From positions 39,370,001-39,434,000 of the forward strand of contig NW_025963780.1 of assembly GCF_023055435.1 (NCBI RefSeq): DNA of 64,000 nt, given 5' to 3'. The DNA comes from Haliotis rufescens (taxonomy: Eukaryota). Shown in pieces: positions 1-13,004 of the stretch. The notes beneath the pieces were generated by a model. That model was not told the origin of the DNA. It worked only from the letters and a program-made list of their open reading frames with translations, and did not search any database. A program made the position numbers and the translations under genes. Every line of letters starts with the position of its first letter. The first letter of the stretch is position 1.

Positions 1-2035
1 TCTCGCTACATGTGTGACGACTTGGGGTCTTGCTGTATATTACTTGTAGTTATTCTCGCTACAGGTGTCATGACTGGGAGTATTGTTGTATATTGTAGTT
101 GTTCTCGCTACAGGTGTAAATACTGGGGGTCTTGCTGTATATTACTTGTAGTTGTTCTCGCTACAGGTGTAAATACTGGGGGTCTTGTTGTATATTACTT
201 GTAGTTATTCTCGCTACAGGTGTAAATACTGGGGGTCTTGCTGTATATTACTTGTGGTTGTTCTCGCTACAGGTGTAAATACTGGGGGTCTTGCTGTATA
301 TTACTTGTAGTTATTCTCGCTACAGGTGTAAATACTGGGGGTCTTGTTGTATATTACTTGTAGTTGTTCTCGCTACAGGTGTAAATACTGGGGGTCTTGC
401 TGTATATTACTTGTAGTTGTTCTCGCTACAGGTGTCATGACTGGGAGTCTTGCTGTATATTACTTGTAGTTGTTCTCGCTACAGGTGTAAATACTGGGAG
501 TCTTGCAGTATATTACTTGTAGTTATTCTCGCTACAGGTGTCACGACTGGGGGTCTTGCTGTATATTACGTGTAGTTGTTCTCGCTACAGGTGTAAATAC
601 TGGGAGTCTTGCTGTATATTACTTGTAGTTGTTCTCGCTACAGGTGTAAATACTGGGGGTCTTGCTGTATATTACTTGTAGTTATTCTCGCTACATGTGT
701 CACGACTGGGGATCTTGCTGTATATTACTTGTAGTTATTCTCTCTACATGTGTCACGACTGGGGATCTTGCTGTATATTACTTGTAGTTATTCTCTCTAC
801 ATGTGTCATGACTGGGAGTCTTGCTGTATATTACTTGTAGTTGTTCTCGCTACAGGTGTCATGACTGGGAGTCTTGCTGTATATTACTTGTAGTTATTCT
901 CGCTACATGTGTCACGACTGGGGGTCTTGCTGTATATTACTTGTAGTTATTCTCGCTACAGGTGTCACGACTGGGGGTCTTGCTGTATATTACTTGTAGT
1001 TATTCTCGCTGCATGTGTAATGACTTGGAGTACTGTTGTATATTACTTGTAGTTGTTCTCGCTACAGGTGTCAATACTGGGGGTCTTGCTGTATATTACT
1101 TGTAGTTATTCTCGCTACAGGTGTCACGACTGGGAGTACTGTTGTATATTACTTGTAGTTGTTCTCGCTACAGGTGTCATGACTGGGGGTCTTGCTGTAT
1201 ATTACTTGTAGTTATTCTCGCTGCATGTGTCATGACTGGGAGTCTTGCAGTATATTACTTGTAGTTATTCTCGCTACAGGTGTCATGACTGGGGGTCTTG
1301 CTGTATATTACTTGTAGTTATTCTCGCTGCATGTGTCATGACTGGGAGTCTTGCAGTATATTACTTGTAGTTATTCTCGCTGCATGTGTCATGACTGGGG
1401 GTCTTGCTGTATATTACTTGTAGTTATTCTCGCTACAGGTGTCATGACTGGGAGTACTGTTGTATATTACTTGTAGTTATTCTCGCTACAGGTGTCATGA
1501 CTGGGAGTCTTGCAGTATATTACTTGTAGTTATTCACGCTACAGGTGTCACGACTGGGGGTCTTGCTGTATATTACTTGTAGTTGTTCTCGCTACAGGTG
1601 TAAATACTGGGGGTCTTGTTGTATATTACTTGTAGTTATTCTCGCTACAGGTGTCAATACTGGGGGTCTTGCTGTATATTACTTGTAGTTATTCTCGCTA
1701 CAGGTGTCATGACTGGGAGTCTTGTTGTATATTACTTGTAGTTATTCTCGCTACAGGTGTAAATACTGGGGGTCTTGCTGTATATTACTTGTAGTTATTC
1801 TCGCTACAGGTGTCATGACTGGGAGTCTTGCTGTATATTACTTGTAGTTATTCTCGCTACAGGTGTCACGACTGGGGGTCTTGCTGTATATTACTTGTAG
1901 TTGTTCTCGCTACAGGTGTAAATACTGGGGGTCTTGTTGTATATTACTTGTAGTTATTCTCGCTACATGTGTCATGACTGGGAGTACTTTTGTATATTGT
2001 AGTTGTTCTCGCTACAGGTGTCATGACTGGGAGTA
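1..2035. repeat. 53-bp minisatellite, about 38 copies, containing the VOPP1 splice acceptor
   Basis: Unit tatattacttgtagttattctcgctacaggtgtcatgactgggagtcttgctg; the array runs off the window start. Confidence 0.97.
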
Positions 2036-2095
2036 CTGTTGTTCCGGAGTCTGCTGTCACTATCCAGTCTTGATTCACAGATTGTGGTACTTCTG
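2018..2095 (+). CDS. VOPP1: VOPP1-like exon: Cys-rich ectodomain end
   Basis: CHDWEYCCSGVCCHYPVLIHRLWYFW; AG/GT flanked, phase 2-2. Confidence 0.85.
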
Positions 2096-4866
2096 GTGAG
2101 TGTTCGACTATATCAGATAATGTTAGCTGTTGTGATGTCGGAATGCAGGTGTGGGAGGAAATACGAATGTGCGAGAGGTGCGAGGGTTGGCGAGGAAGGC
2201 GAATCTGGTGGTGAAGACGACAATGATATTTGTAGTGAAGAGGTGAGGTGAAATTGGGTTTAACGTCGCGTCCAAGATTATTGCACTTATATAGCGACGT
2301 GCATGCGCATGTGTGTGTGTGTGTGTGTGTGGCTGCTTGTAGTAGTGCCGATTTATAGTGCTAGCACACTGAGATACCATGCCGCAGTTTAACATGAATA
2401 CCCCACTCAGACACAGTATACTGACTCCGAGCCGACCAGTCCTTGTTTTAGCCCTAATGTCACTAATGTCGAGCGCCAGACAGGGTAACAACAAGTACCA
2501 TCTTTTAACGTCTTTTCGTATGACGCGGCCGGAGATCGAACCCCGGACCTTCGGCTCTCCGGGCAGACGCTCTCACACTAGACCACAAATGCGGTCCTGA
2601 AGTGAAGAAGAGTATCGGGAGAGCAGTGCTGAAGTACAGCAAAGGACTCGAAGCTGTACAGAATTACGTGGACGTGTTGATCAGATTTACTGTTATGTGT
2701 TTCAGGGTTGGGATACTGGCTCTTGCCTTCTTCTTGCTGCTAGCATCAGTCACATGGTACAAGAAACGCTACTACGGTCGGGTTTTGAGAGTCCATCCTG
2801 CCCCAATAGGACCCGGCGCTGTTCATATGCATACAGGTAAGTGGAGACTCGCTCCGTTGCTGAGCGATACATAGGACCCGGCGATGTCCATATGCATACG
2901 GGTAAGTGGAGACTCGCTCCGTTGGTGGGCGATGTATAGGACCCGGCGTTGTTCATATGCATACAGGTAGGTGGAGACTCGCTCCGTTGCTGAGCGATAC
3001 ATAGGACCCGGCGTTCTTCATATGTATACAGGTAAGTGGAGACTCTGATGGTAGGCGATGTATAGGACCCGGCGTTATTCATATGCATACAGGTAGGTGG
3101 AGACTCTGATGGTAGGCGATGTATAGGCCCCAGCGCTGTTCATATGCATACAGGTAGGTGGAGACTCACTCTGTTGGTGAGGGGCGGTCGGGTAGCCTAG
3201 TGGTAAAAGCGTTCGCTCGTCACGCCGAAGACCCGGGTTGGATTCCCGACATGGGTACAATGTGTGAAGCCCGTTTCTGGTGACCCCCGCCGTGATATTG
3301 CTGGAATATTGCTAAAAGCGGCGTAAAACCATACTCACTCACTCACTCTGTTGGTTGGCGATGTATAGGACACGGCGTTATTCATATGCATACAGGTAAG
3401 TGGAGACTATGTTGGTAGGCGATGTATAGGACCCGGCGATGTCCATATGCATACGGGTAGGTGGAGACTATGCTGGTAGACGATAAATAGGACGCAGCGC
3501 TGTTCATATGTATACAGGTAAGTGGAGACTCGCTCCATTGGTAGGCGATGCATAGGACCCGGCGACGTTCATATACATCAAGAGACTCACTCTGTTGGAA
3601 TGGCGATTGGCTAGCCTGATGGTTAAAGCATTGACTTGTTAGCCTGAAGTCCCAGGTTTGATTCCCCACATGGGTACAATGTGTGAACACCATTTCTGTC
3701 GTCCACCCGCCTGATATTGCTGTAATATTGCTAAAAGCGGCGTAAACCCCAACTTACTCACTCGGTCAATCTATTGGTGTTGGGTATTAACCAGCCTGTA
3801 CATAACTTGTGCAGATAGATATGCTTAACTGATTTACCTATAGGCCAGGTTCCACAAATTCATTTCAGTGCAATATGTCAGTAATTATTCCAGTTACATA
3901 TATTGGCTGTCTAGGCGGGCTTTTTGGTCCTCAAACTTAGGGATGTGTATATAACCTCGTGCATATGCCTATACACTACAATATAATGCACGGTTTCAAT
4001 TTTTTGTAACGGCTGGTTTAGTGAACGTTGCCGAAATGACTGCAGAGTTGCATCCCATAGTCTTATCAGGATCGAATGATCCGTGGTTCAAATAGCAGAT
4101 TCACCTCGATCAGTTCTTTTCTCTGTCAGCACCATGTCCGTGCATGTGGGTTTTACAAATGTGCTAAACTGTCTCTTGTGGGAGGGCTGCGATTCGTGCT
4201 AAAGACAGGCTTTTATTTCCTTTGCAGCGTCAAGACAATTTTTTTTATTCATTCACCATGTCTGTCGAACAATTACGCTTTATATTGTAAACACTAAAGA
4301 GTCTCTTTTATTTTATTATTGTCGCGAACAAACGTTGTGTGTGCATTATACTACCTTTCAAAGCGCGTTGTGCAATACACTTGAACATGTTATTTGAAAG
4401 TGATTAATAGATAAGTGCTTATAATATAATCGTACAATTGACCTTCGTTTTTCGCAGAAATCCCCTCTGATTTTACAATATTGTCGCTTTTATGTTTACT
4501 TTCAAATCGTTCATTCCCTGTTCACAATCGTTGTACTATATTCACTTTAAATAAGATGCCTTTGCGTTGATGACAATGTAAACATATCCTGATACAGATA
4601 GATTCTAATACAACCTTCCGAACATTACAGTGACAACCCAGCAGTTCATCCAAACCCCAACCTATCCTGGATCATATGTTGCCGTACCCCCCGGGACGTA
4701 TGTAGCCGCACCCCCCGGGCCTCCACCACCTTACTCCTCACTTCCAGGGCAGACGCAGGGCAAGCACCCACCTCCCGCTGGACCCATGCAGCCGGCTTAT
4801 CTACCCCCGGGAATGACCCACCCATCTCAATGGCAGCAAGATAACGACAGCAACCGTCTCTTCTAG
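2018..4866 (+). CDS. VOPP1: VOPP1-like (WBP1/VOPP1 family) single-pass membrane protein; last three coding exons 2018-2095, 2706-2836, 4631-4866; 5' exons lie outside the window
   Basis: Canonical splice sites (ctacag|G..TG|gtgagt; tttcag|G..AG|gtaagt; ttacag|TG..TAG) with compatible phases. The spliced product reads CHDWEYCCSGVCCHYPVLIHRLWYFW-VGILALAFFLLLASVTW-YKKRYY, then a Pro/Tyr-rich tail with PPPPY. The CC-x3-CC...RLWYFW pattern matches VOPP1 as I recall it. Confidence 0.85.
2242..2600 (-). mobile_element. tRNA-derived SINE (family C)
   Basis: Minus-strand head with A box (tggtctagtg) and B box (ggttcgatctcc); internal (TG)n; possible TSD agtgaaga; second partial copy near 63375. Confidence 0.75.
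2706..2836 (+). CDS. VOPP1: VOPP1-like exon: transmembrane helix and basic stop-transfer
   Basis: VGILALAFFLLLASVTWYKKRYYGR; tttcag| and |gtaagt. Confidence 0.87.
2806..3598. repeat. 61-65-bp tandem repeat containing the VOPP1 exon end and splice donor, interrupted by a SINE
   Basis: Unit ataggacccggcgctgttcatatgcatacag|gtaagtggagactcgctccgttgctgagcgatac at 2806, 2871, 2936, 3001 and onward. Confidence 0.93.
3181..3345 (+). mobile_element. tRNA-derived SINE (family A)
   Basis: A box tagcctagtgg, B box ggttggattccc, (ACTC)n tail, flanking duplication ctcactctgttggt. Confidence 0.88.
3600..3763 (+). mobile_element. tRNA-derived SINE (family A), diverged
   Basis: Colinear with 3181-3345 (catgggtacaatgtgtgaa...aatattgctaaaagcggcgtaaa). 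Confidence 0.82.
4631..4866 (+). CDS. VOPP1: VOPP1-like terminal exon: proline-rich PPxY tail
   Basis: ttacag| acceptor; APPGPPPPYSS; stop TAG at 4864-4866. Confidence 0.87.
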
Positions 4867-5734
4867 CCCACGCCTTATTCTTTATCGGTGCAATCTCCGT
4901 CATGTCTCTGGCATTAATCGACGAGTATTGAGGTATTTAACAACGACAAAATTGCTGTTGGCGATTATTGTCGCCAAGAAAAAAGGGGGTTGTGATGATG
5001 GATTGCACACGGTAGCAATGCGAACGGGTGGCATATATTACCGAGAATGTGATAGAGAATGTAGCAAATATGTTGGTAATTGTGTGTCAATTTCTCAGTA
5101 TTCGTTTAAAATACTCATATCAACCAATTTCATCCAACGTTTATATCAAAACATCTTGTCATCTAGCGGATGAAGTGATGTTTACCAAAGACGTCTTGCA
5201 AGAATGTCAAATTATGAGGTATAGTTTGACCCCGTCGCCTGCAATATAAAGACTGGGGACTGTACATGTTCAACATTCAAGAAAGAGGCCTTTCACTGGG
5301 AAGTTGAAAAAAGATAGCAATGATGACCACTCTCTGGGACGGGTACATGGTTTGCATCAAGTATTCTCCGTGAAGACGACAGTGAATTTTCAGACAATAC
5401 CACTTACAGTTTCAATGACACCTGGATGTGATTTCATACCTTCAGCAATTTACGATTTAACAGAATACATGGCGTTCCTTGTCGACCCTGCTTTTGGCAG
5501 AGATTTCTTATGAATATGGAAAGGGTTTTGTCGCTTTATTTGTTAGAAAGGTACGAAAACCAGAGTGCGTCAAAACCACTTAATTTCAAATATCTCATGT
5601 GAGAGTTTTCAGCCAAACCTCATATAATGATGGCCTTAGTAGGTTTGGCGGTGAATGCTTTTTTATAAGTATTGAGTATTGGTAAATTGGGTATCGCTCT
5701 ACTCTACATGGTAAATAGTTGGTGACATCGAGAC

Positions 5735-6092
5735 TGTTTTACGCGTCATGCTGTTTATGACCTGTTTTACTCTTCAGCATGTATATTTACTGTTTTACTC
5801 TACACGATGTTTACATAACCTGTTTTAATCGTGACGATATATAGAACCTGTTTTACTCGTCACGATGTATAAAACCTGTTTTACTCGCCACGATGTATAG
5901 AACCTGTTTTACTCGTCACGATGTATAGAACCTGTTTTACTCGTCACGATGTATAGAACCTGTTTTACTCGTCACGATGTATGGAACCTGTTGTACTCGT
6001 CACGATGTATAGAACCTGTTTTACTCGTCACGATATATGGAACCTGTTTTACTCGTCACGATGTTTACATAACCTGCCTTACTCGTCACGAC
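5735..6092. repeat. 28-bp minisatellite
   Basis: Unit acctgttttactcgtcacgatgtataga. Confidence 0.9.
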
Positions 6093-7294
6093 GCATATTG
6101 AGCCTTTTTCATATTTACCAATTGTTTTGTCACACTATTGTGTGTAAACAGATGGCATCGAGACTGACACATGTGTTAAGTGCTGGTTGTATTTGGTAGG
6201 AGACGAATTCTTGTCATGTGTCTAACTAATCTAGTTCACACCTACTTTTTTCGTGAACAGTGTCAAGGTAGCAGACCACAGGCTTGTCCGAATCACAACA
6301 GTATTTTCATACTTTGTTTCGCGCACTTGGTTTGACATAACGCCCACGTGACAAATCAATTGAACTTTGGAATGAGAAACACTGAACCCATTTACTCACA
6401 AGACTGAGCTTCTGAATTAGGTAATTAACTGCATGAGGGAAAGCCCGGTATTTCGAACGTTGGGACAACGTCATCACACACCGTTATGTAGATGTTGAGA
6501 CATGTGATGGCAACGCTCAGGAACACTGTGTGTGAATCGTTCAGATCCTAAACAAAATATATCTGCATTTACGGATAACGGGTACGGAGTTATATCTCTT
6601 TTTATACACGGTGGGCATGTTCCGATTAAAGCACAGGGTCAAAGGATTGAAGTGTAACCTTGTTTAGCTGTTTTGATTTACTAAACTGTTACTAGTATCA
6701 TATTTTCTGTTTTACCCACACATCTATCAAAAAAAGACATTGGATATAAACAAAAAATGATAGCAGCCATTTAAACAACGAAAATACAGAATTTCGTCAT
6801 GTGTTACTGATTACTGGCAGCCTGAGATGCCCGACACGACAACGGTTCTACTCTGGGGGAAATAAATATCACCATTTGCCTCAGAACCTAAAGATAAGTA
6901 TTTGTACTGCGGATGTAGATAGCATCATCCTATCATCAATACTTTCTTTTGTTTTGTATTGTTACATTTTCATCTCATCAAAATAAGACTTTAAACAATA
7001 TAATTTTGAAAGGTCTTTTGGAATATCCTTCTAAGAAACAAAAAGGGTCTTGAAATAAGGAACATAGATATTCTGTGTACCAACACAATGTGATAGAAAT
7101 TTTTTCATGCTAGTAAATTAAAAGCAAAAACAGTTTTCAGTTTTTAAGGCTTGAAAACATTGAAAATCTTGAAGAACCGTTTCCTCAGATTTACAATATG
7201 TGTTGATACGTTATATCAATGTTTGTTACCATGACAATGTTGTGGATGTAAAAATCACTACATGTTCATTTCAGTTTAAATGTACCTGATGGGC

Positions 7295-7720
7295 AACAAT
7301 CAATTTGTCCGAGTTATACTTTCACGCTTCACGATACGTCATATGTTCGCGTCCCTGCCCTGTCAACAATGGCGTTGTCCGAGTTATACTTTCACGCTTC
7401 ACGATACGTCATTTGTTGGCGTCCCGGCCCTGTCAACAATGGCGTTGTCCGAGTTATACTTTCACGCCTCACGATACGTCATATGTTGGCGTCCCGGCCC
7501 TGTCAACAATGGCGTTGTCCGAGGTTTACTTTCACGCCTCACGATACGTCATATGTTGGCGTCCCGGCCATGCCAACAATGGCTTTGTCCGAGTTATACT
7601 TTGACGCCTCATGATACGTCAAATGTTGGCGTCCCTGCCCCGGTCAACAATGGCTTTGTCCGAGTTATACTTTCACGCCTCACGATACGTCATATGTTGG
7701 CGTCCCGGCCATACCAACAG
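7295..7720. repeat. 70-bp minisatellite, 6 copies
   Basis: gagttatact-like motif recurs at 7311, 7381, 7451, 7521, 7591. Confidence 0.93.
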
Positions 7721-7981
7721 TGACATTCATTGTCTGGTTCTATTGGGAATGAGCACACCTGAAACCTGTTTACAGTTGATTGGCTGCGTGGATACATTAA
7801 TCTGCCGCACTGGTGAAAAACAGTGCTTTACATGGATAACGGTATATGTGTTGTAAGCATGACGTCAGTGATTGCCTACACCGGTGGTATGTACACACCT
7901 ATCCGTGCCTACGTCGACAGTAATTTCTACAGCAGAGAGAGCATATGTTTGTCACATAATCGGTGAGTTAATGTGTACTAT

Positions 7982-9183
7982 GAGTGCCTACATGGATTGT
8001 ATGAACCACATCGACGTGTGCCTACATTAATAGTGTGAACCACATCGGCGAGTGCCTACATTAATAGTATGAACCACATCGGCGAGTGTCTACATTAATA
8101 GTGTGAACCACATCGGCGATTGCCTATATTAATAGTATGAACCACATCGGCGAGTGCCTACATTAATAGTATGAACCACATCGGCGAGTGCCTACATTAA
8201 TAGTATGAACCACATCGGCGAGTGCCTACATTAATAGTATGAACCACATCGGCGAGTGCCTATATTAATAGTATGAACCACATCGGCGAGTGCCTACATT
8301 AATAGTATGAACCACATCGGCGAATGCCTACATTCATAGTATGAACCACATCGGCGAGTGACTACATTAATAGTATGAACCACATCGGCGAGTGCCTATA
8401 TTAATAGTATGAACCACATCGGCGAGTGCCTTCATTAATAGTATGAACCACATCGGCGAGTGCCTTCATTAATAGTATGAACCACATCGGCGAGTGCCTA
8501 CATTAATAGTATGAACCACATCGGCGAGTGCCTACATTCATAGTATGAACCACATCGGCGAGTGCCTACATTAATAGTATGAACCACATCGGCGAGTGCC
8601 TACATTAATAGTATGAACCACATCGGCGAGTGTCTACATTAATAGTGTGAACCACAACGGCGATTGCCTATATTAATAGTATGAACCACATCGGCGAGTG
8701 CCTACATTATTAGTATGAACCACATCGGCGAGTGCCTACATTAATAGTATGAACCACATCGGCGAGTGCCTACATTAATAGTATGAACCACATCGGCGAG
8801 TGCCTACATTAATAGTATGAACCACATCGGCGAGTGCCTACATTCATAGTATGAACGACATCGGCGATTGCCTATATTAATAGTATGAACCACATCGGCG
8901 AGTGCCTACATTAATAGTATGAACCACATCGGCGAGTGCCTACATTAATAGTATGAACCACATCGGCGAGTGCCTACATTAATAGTATGAACCACATCGG
9001 CGAGTGCCTACATTAATAGTATGAACCACATCGGTGAGTGCCTACATTCATAGTATGAACGACATCGGCGAGTGCCTACATTAATAGCATGAACCACATC
9101 GGTAAGCGCCCACATGGATAGTTTGAACCACACCTCTTGCTGCCTACATTGATAGTATGAACCGCATCGGGGAGTGCGTACAT
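7982..9183. repeat. 34-bp homogeneous minisatellite, about 35 copies
   Basis: Unit cattaatagtatgaaccacatcggcgagtgccta, no spacers. Confidence 0.96.
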
Positions 9184-10021
9184 CGGCAAAGTTCGAGCGA
9201 CGTAAAACCGAGTAAGCGTTATGCCCCTTATTGTAAACAAAAATGGCGACTGTCAGAGACAGGTGGCCTCAGTTTGACCATGACCTGGAAGGCAAATAGA
9301 ATACAGTCCCCTGTTTAAATGGGCTTTTCATTCGGCGCCAATTGGTTTCGAGTGACTTGTGATAGCTTAAACGAAAGATAAGACATTTTACTTTGTTGCA
9401 AATTCTTTTTTCTAGCCACAACCTGTGCAAGGTATTAATTCGAGCTTCCATTTACTTGACCCCAAGTTGAAGGCCACTGTGTGTGTTTCGGCTCGAAATA
9501 TCCGGTGAGCATTGTTGACAGTGGTTACTGCGAAATCTAGGTGGTGGATCCAGGCCGATACTTTAAGTGACAAGTTGCAAGTTGGTCATGATGCAGCAGG
9601 AGAACATCCTACGACTGATATTAATCATGGTGGGCTGTCATGTCACTGTAGACAGCAAAGAAGGAAACTAATTGTAGTCTGAGGCCAGGATCCTCTTGCA
9701 CAGAACAATATTAGTTACAATTGATCTTAGGCGGCTACAACTTTACATGTCAATCAACATACAATTGTCCTATTCCACTTGCACAAACCGATCTTAGCGC
9801 GATTATAAGACGGCTTGAATTTTAAGATCGCTATCTTAGCTAAAATTGAAATCTTCAACGGTGGAGTTACGAATATCTTAACTTCGACTTCAGTTGTCTG
9901 CAAACACGCATAGCTAGTTGCGCATACAATAAGTGGAACCGGTTACGACACACAAAACGTACCTCCATCCATCGCACCTTGTACAGTTTTAAGAAAGGTC
10001 CCAATTAGGAAACAATTACCA

Positions 10022-10022
<1 letters not shown>

Positions 10023-10070
<48 letters not shown>
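10023..10070. repeat. (AAT)n microsatellite
   Basis: About 16 perfect AAT units. Confidence 0.95.
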
Positions 10071-10071
<1 letters not shown>

Positions 10072-12556
10072 TGTCCTAATAACATTACACGTAAATGTAT
10101 GATCGTAATCTATTTAGTCATGCTTTTCGTAAAATCCTAAATAAATTATATCATTCATACTTTCGTTTCGCTGCTATAACAAAGGATGTCATGACTACCT
10201 TTTCAAAACAGAGAAAGGCGGAGGATTTCAAGAATGAATGGACGGGAAATAAGAATAATAAATAATATTTCGGGAAAGCAGTTGCTCATTATATATTTAC
10301 TTGGTATTAATTATATTGATAAATATTTTTAAAAGTGTGAATTTTACTTTTGCTAATCCATGGGATGTTTTACAAAAAAAATCAAATGTCTCATCATATG
10401 AATTTGCTTGTTTGATGAATACTTGTACTTCTTTTCTTTTAAATTCATATATTACAACCGCTCGTCCCCGTCCCACTCGATTTCAGATTGAAACATGTAT
10501 GATTTTGCACTTCAACTTATGTGTATCTGTAGATTAATTTGATGATAAACTTGAGACAAAAAAAAGACACAAATGTGACCCGAAAGAAATACATTGGAAG
10601 CTCAGCGATTCTACAACATGTATACACTGGGCAAGGTAGATTTTACTCTTCGGGCTCATGCTGAGGGAAACCACTCCCATCTAGAGTATAATCTAAGATT
10701 AGCTGCCCTTGAGATATCCAAAAGGTCACGGACGTTACCAATCGCTTGCAGACATCATAGACATCACATCAGAATGTGGACAAATAAACCTGGTTCCATA
10801 CGGGAAGACGCACAGGGAGAAGAAGGGGAAGTCACGCTTTGTTATCAACACAATACTTGGAAAAGGTAAGTTCTATTTTTGTTTTACGTTTCGTTCAATA
10901 TTTTACAAAACATATTTAACTGTCCCACACTTATAATGATATACGCTCTTCATGTTTTTTCTCAAATATTATTAATTGTCATGATATTAGATCTATTTCT
11001 TTGTCAAATAACATAAAAATACCAACAATGTTTAAGCTTCCTAAATATAGATATATATAATATGTTCAAGACTCATGGAAATATAGAATAATAAGCTATA
11101 ATCGGGCAATTTGTGTTCATTTTCGTATATAAGTAAATGAATGTGATATGGGTCTGTAGGCCTAAACGAAAATAAAGGATTGTCATTGTCAATAATAAAC
11201 ATGTTAAAATAGGTTGAGCTCTCTATATGAACACACACACACACACACAAACACATGTAGTTACCTATGTATCTTCTTTGGATTCATCTCTGGAGGAAAT
11301 ACAGATATTGATTGATTCATTCATTCCTGTCTTAATTAGAAATATCCCTTTTTTACTTGTATTTACATCTTCAATTGTGTAATAATACCACAAAATCCCA
11401 CTTCACACGCTTAAGCAGTATTTTATTACACGTACCATCGGAAAGGACAATATGTCGTCTGATAAAATTCTAGGGAGGAAATCCATGTGCTTTATGAGGG
11501 ATTCTATTTGAATTCTCACATGTAGTCTTCATTAATTATTTATGCTCATTACTCGGGTATAACATTATAGGATTGGAGTCATAGTACAAAATGCCATAGA
11601 CGTCTGGTGAATAATCGTATATTGGTTTTCTTTTGGCTTGCTTTTGTTGTATAGTCACTTAAGATCATTTTAAAGAGTTTTTTGTCACATCAATATGTCT
11701 TGTTTGTATTTGTTCTTGTAAATACAATGTTTCACACGGAAGAAGACGTGGACAACACAGGCATTTCCGAACTGTGCATTCTAGTTCACATATTGAATGC
11801 CTCAATACACTCTTTATATTTATACCTATTATGACATGTTTATGACATAAATACCACGTTCATGATCATTCGAACATACAAACCCCTGTTCGATGATTTC
11901 AACTTTTGTAGAAAGGTGGCTATGTGTATAAAATGTAATAAAACAGGTTATTTGAAGAGTGAAAAGTGATGAAACTTAGGGAAGGATGTAGATAATAATA
12001 AAGGATGTGTTTATGATTTTCAACACTGGCCATTATGCAGGGAATACATTGACACCATATGTGCATGACAATATTTAACAGTGAACCTGGCTAATAGCGC
12101 TTTAAGTACTGGTACTACATCTGCACGTTAGTTTTCTTTCCGTTTCGTGCTGGTAATGAACGTACGCTGCACACACTGTAAATATCGCCGCAATATAGTC
12201 ACCCGATTGCCGAAGCTTACCCGGATAGTAATCATGTGATCAAAACACAATGATGATGTTTATCGATAAATGGATATGTCTTGAAAAGCGCAATATGTTT
12301 CATTACTGTAAGTTATATTCCTAATCGATGAAATGTCTTGTTTTAGCCCACATGCAGCCATCTTCTTTAATTAATCATCACGGTCTTTCGTGATTCTGAT
12401 CAAGTGGTAGGGAAGATAACTATCTATGTAACATTGACTACCACTACCACACCAAGCTCTAATCGTCACATCCATCGTACGCAAGGCTAAACATAACAAA
12501 AAGTGTATAAATGGTATTTTATGGTGCTTTATATTGAAAAAGTATAACAAACGCGT

Positions 12557-12701
12557 AGTGAGTATGGGTTTTACGACGCATTCAGCAATATTCCAACTAT
12601 ATCACAGCTGGGGACACAAGAAATGGGTTTCACACAATGTACCCATGTGGCCTTCAGCTCGACGAGCGAACGCCTTAACCACTAGGCTACCGCACCGCCC
12701 C
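12557..12701 (-). mobile_element. tRNA-derived SINE (family A), diverged and internally deleted
   Basis: Reverse complement similar to 3181-3345. Confidence 0.78.
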
Positions 12702-13004
12702 ATAACAAAATAACATGAGTATGTTTGTCGCATGACTGTAAAGCAAACTTTTGAGTACAACGTGCAGGAGAATAAAAATAAAACAGACGAAAATAGTCTA
12801 AAAAATAGACGAACATGACAAATTATAGGAGTTCTGCATCTCTCTCCCCAGAACGGAGCGGTATTGCACCACGGGAAAGGGTTTAGTCTCGCATTTAGTA
12901 ACCTAACACTTACTTTCCTTGGCACTCAACATTCCAACTAGAAAACACTAACTGCTTTTAGCAGATATTTCCTGTGGCTATGGAAAGGGTTTTGTCGTTT
13001 TATT

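Noticed and set aside
3181-3255. Functional tRNA gene
   Set aside because: The tRNA-like head continues into a shared body and (ACTC)n tail with multiple copies and TSDs, so it is a SINE
7280-7856. Overlapping ORFs of 81-147 aa
   Set aside because: Products of the 70-bp tandem repeat, open in three frames with the same cyclic peptide
7982-9183. CRISPR-like 34-bp repeat
   Set aside because: Units are head-to-tail with no unique spacers, there are no cas genes, and the context is eukaryotic
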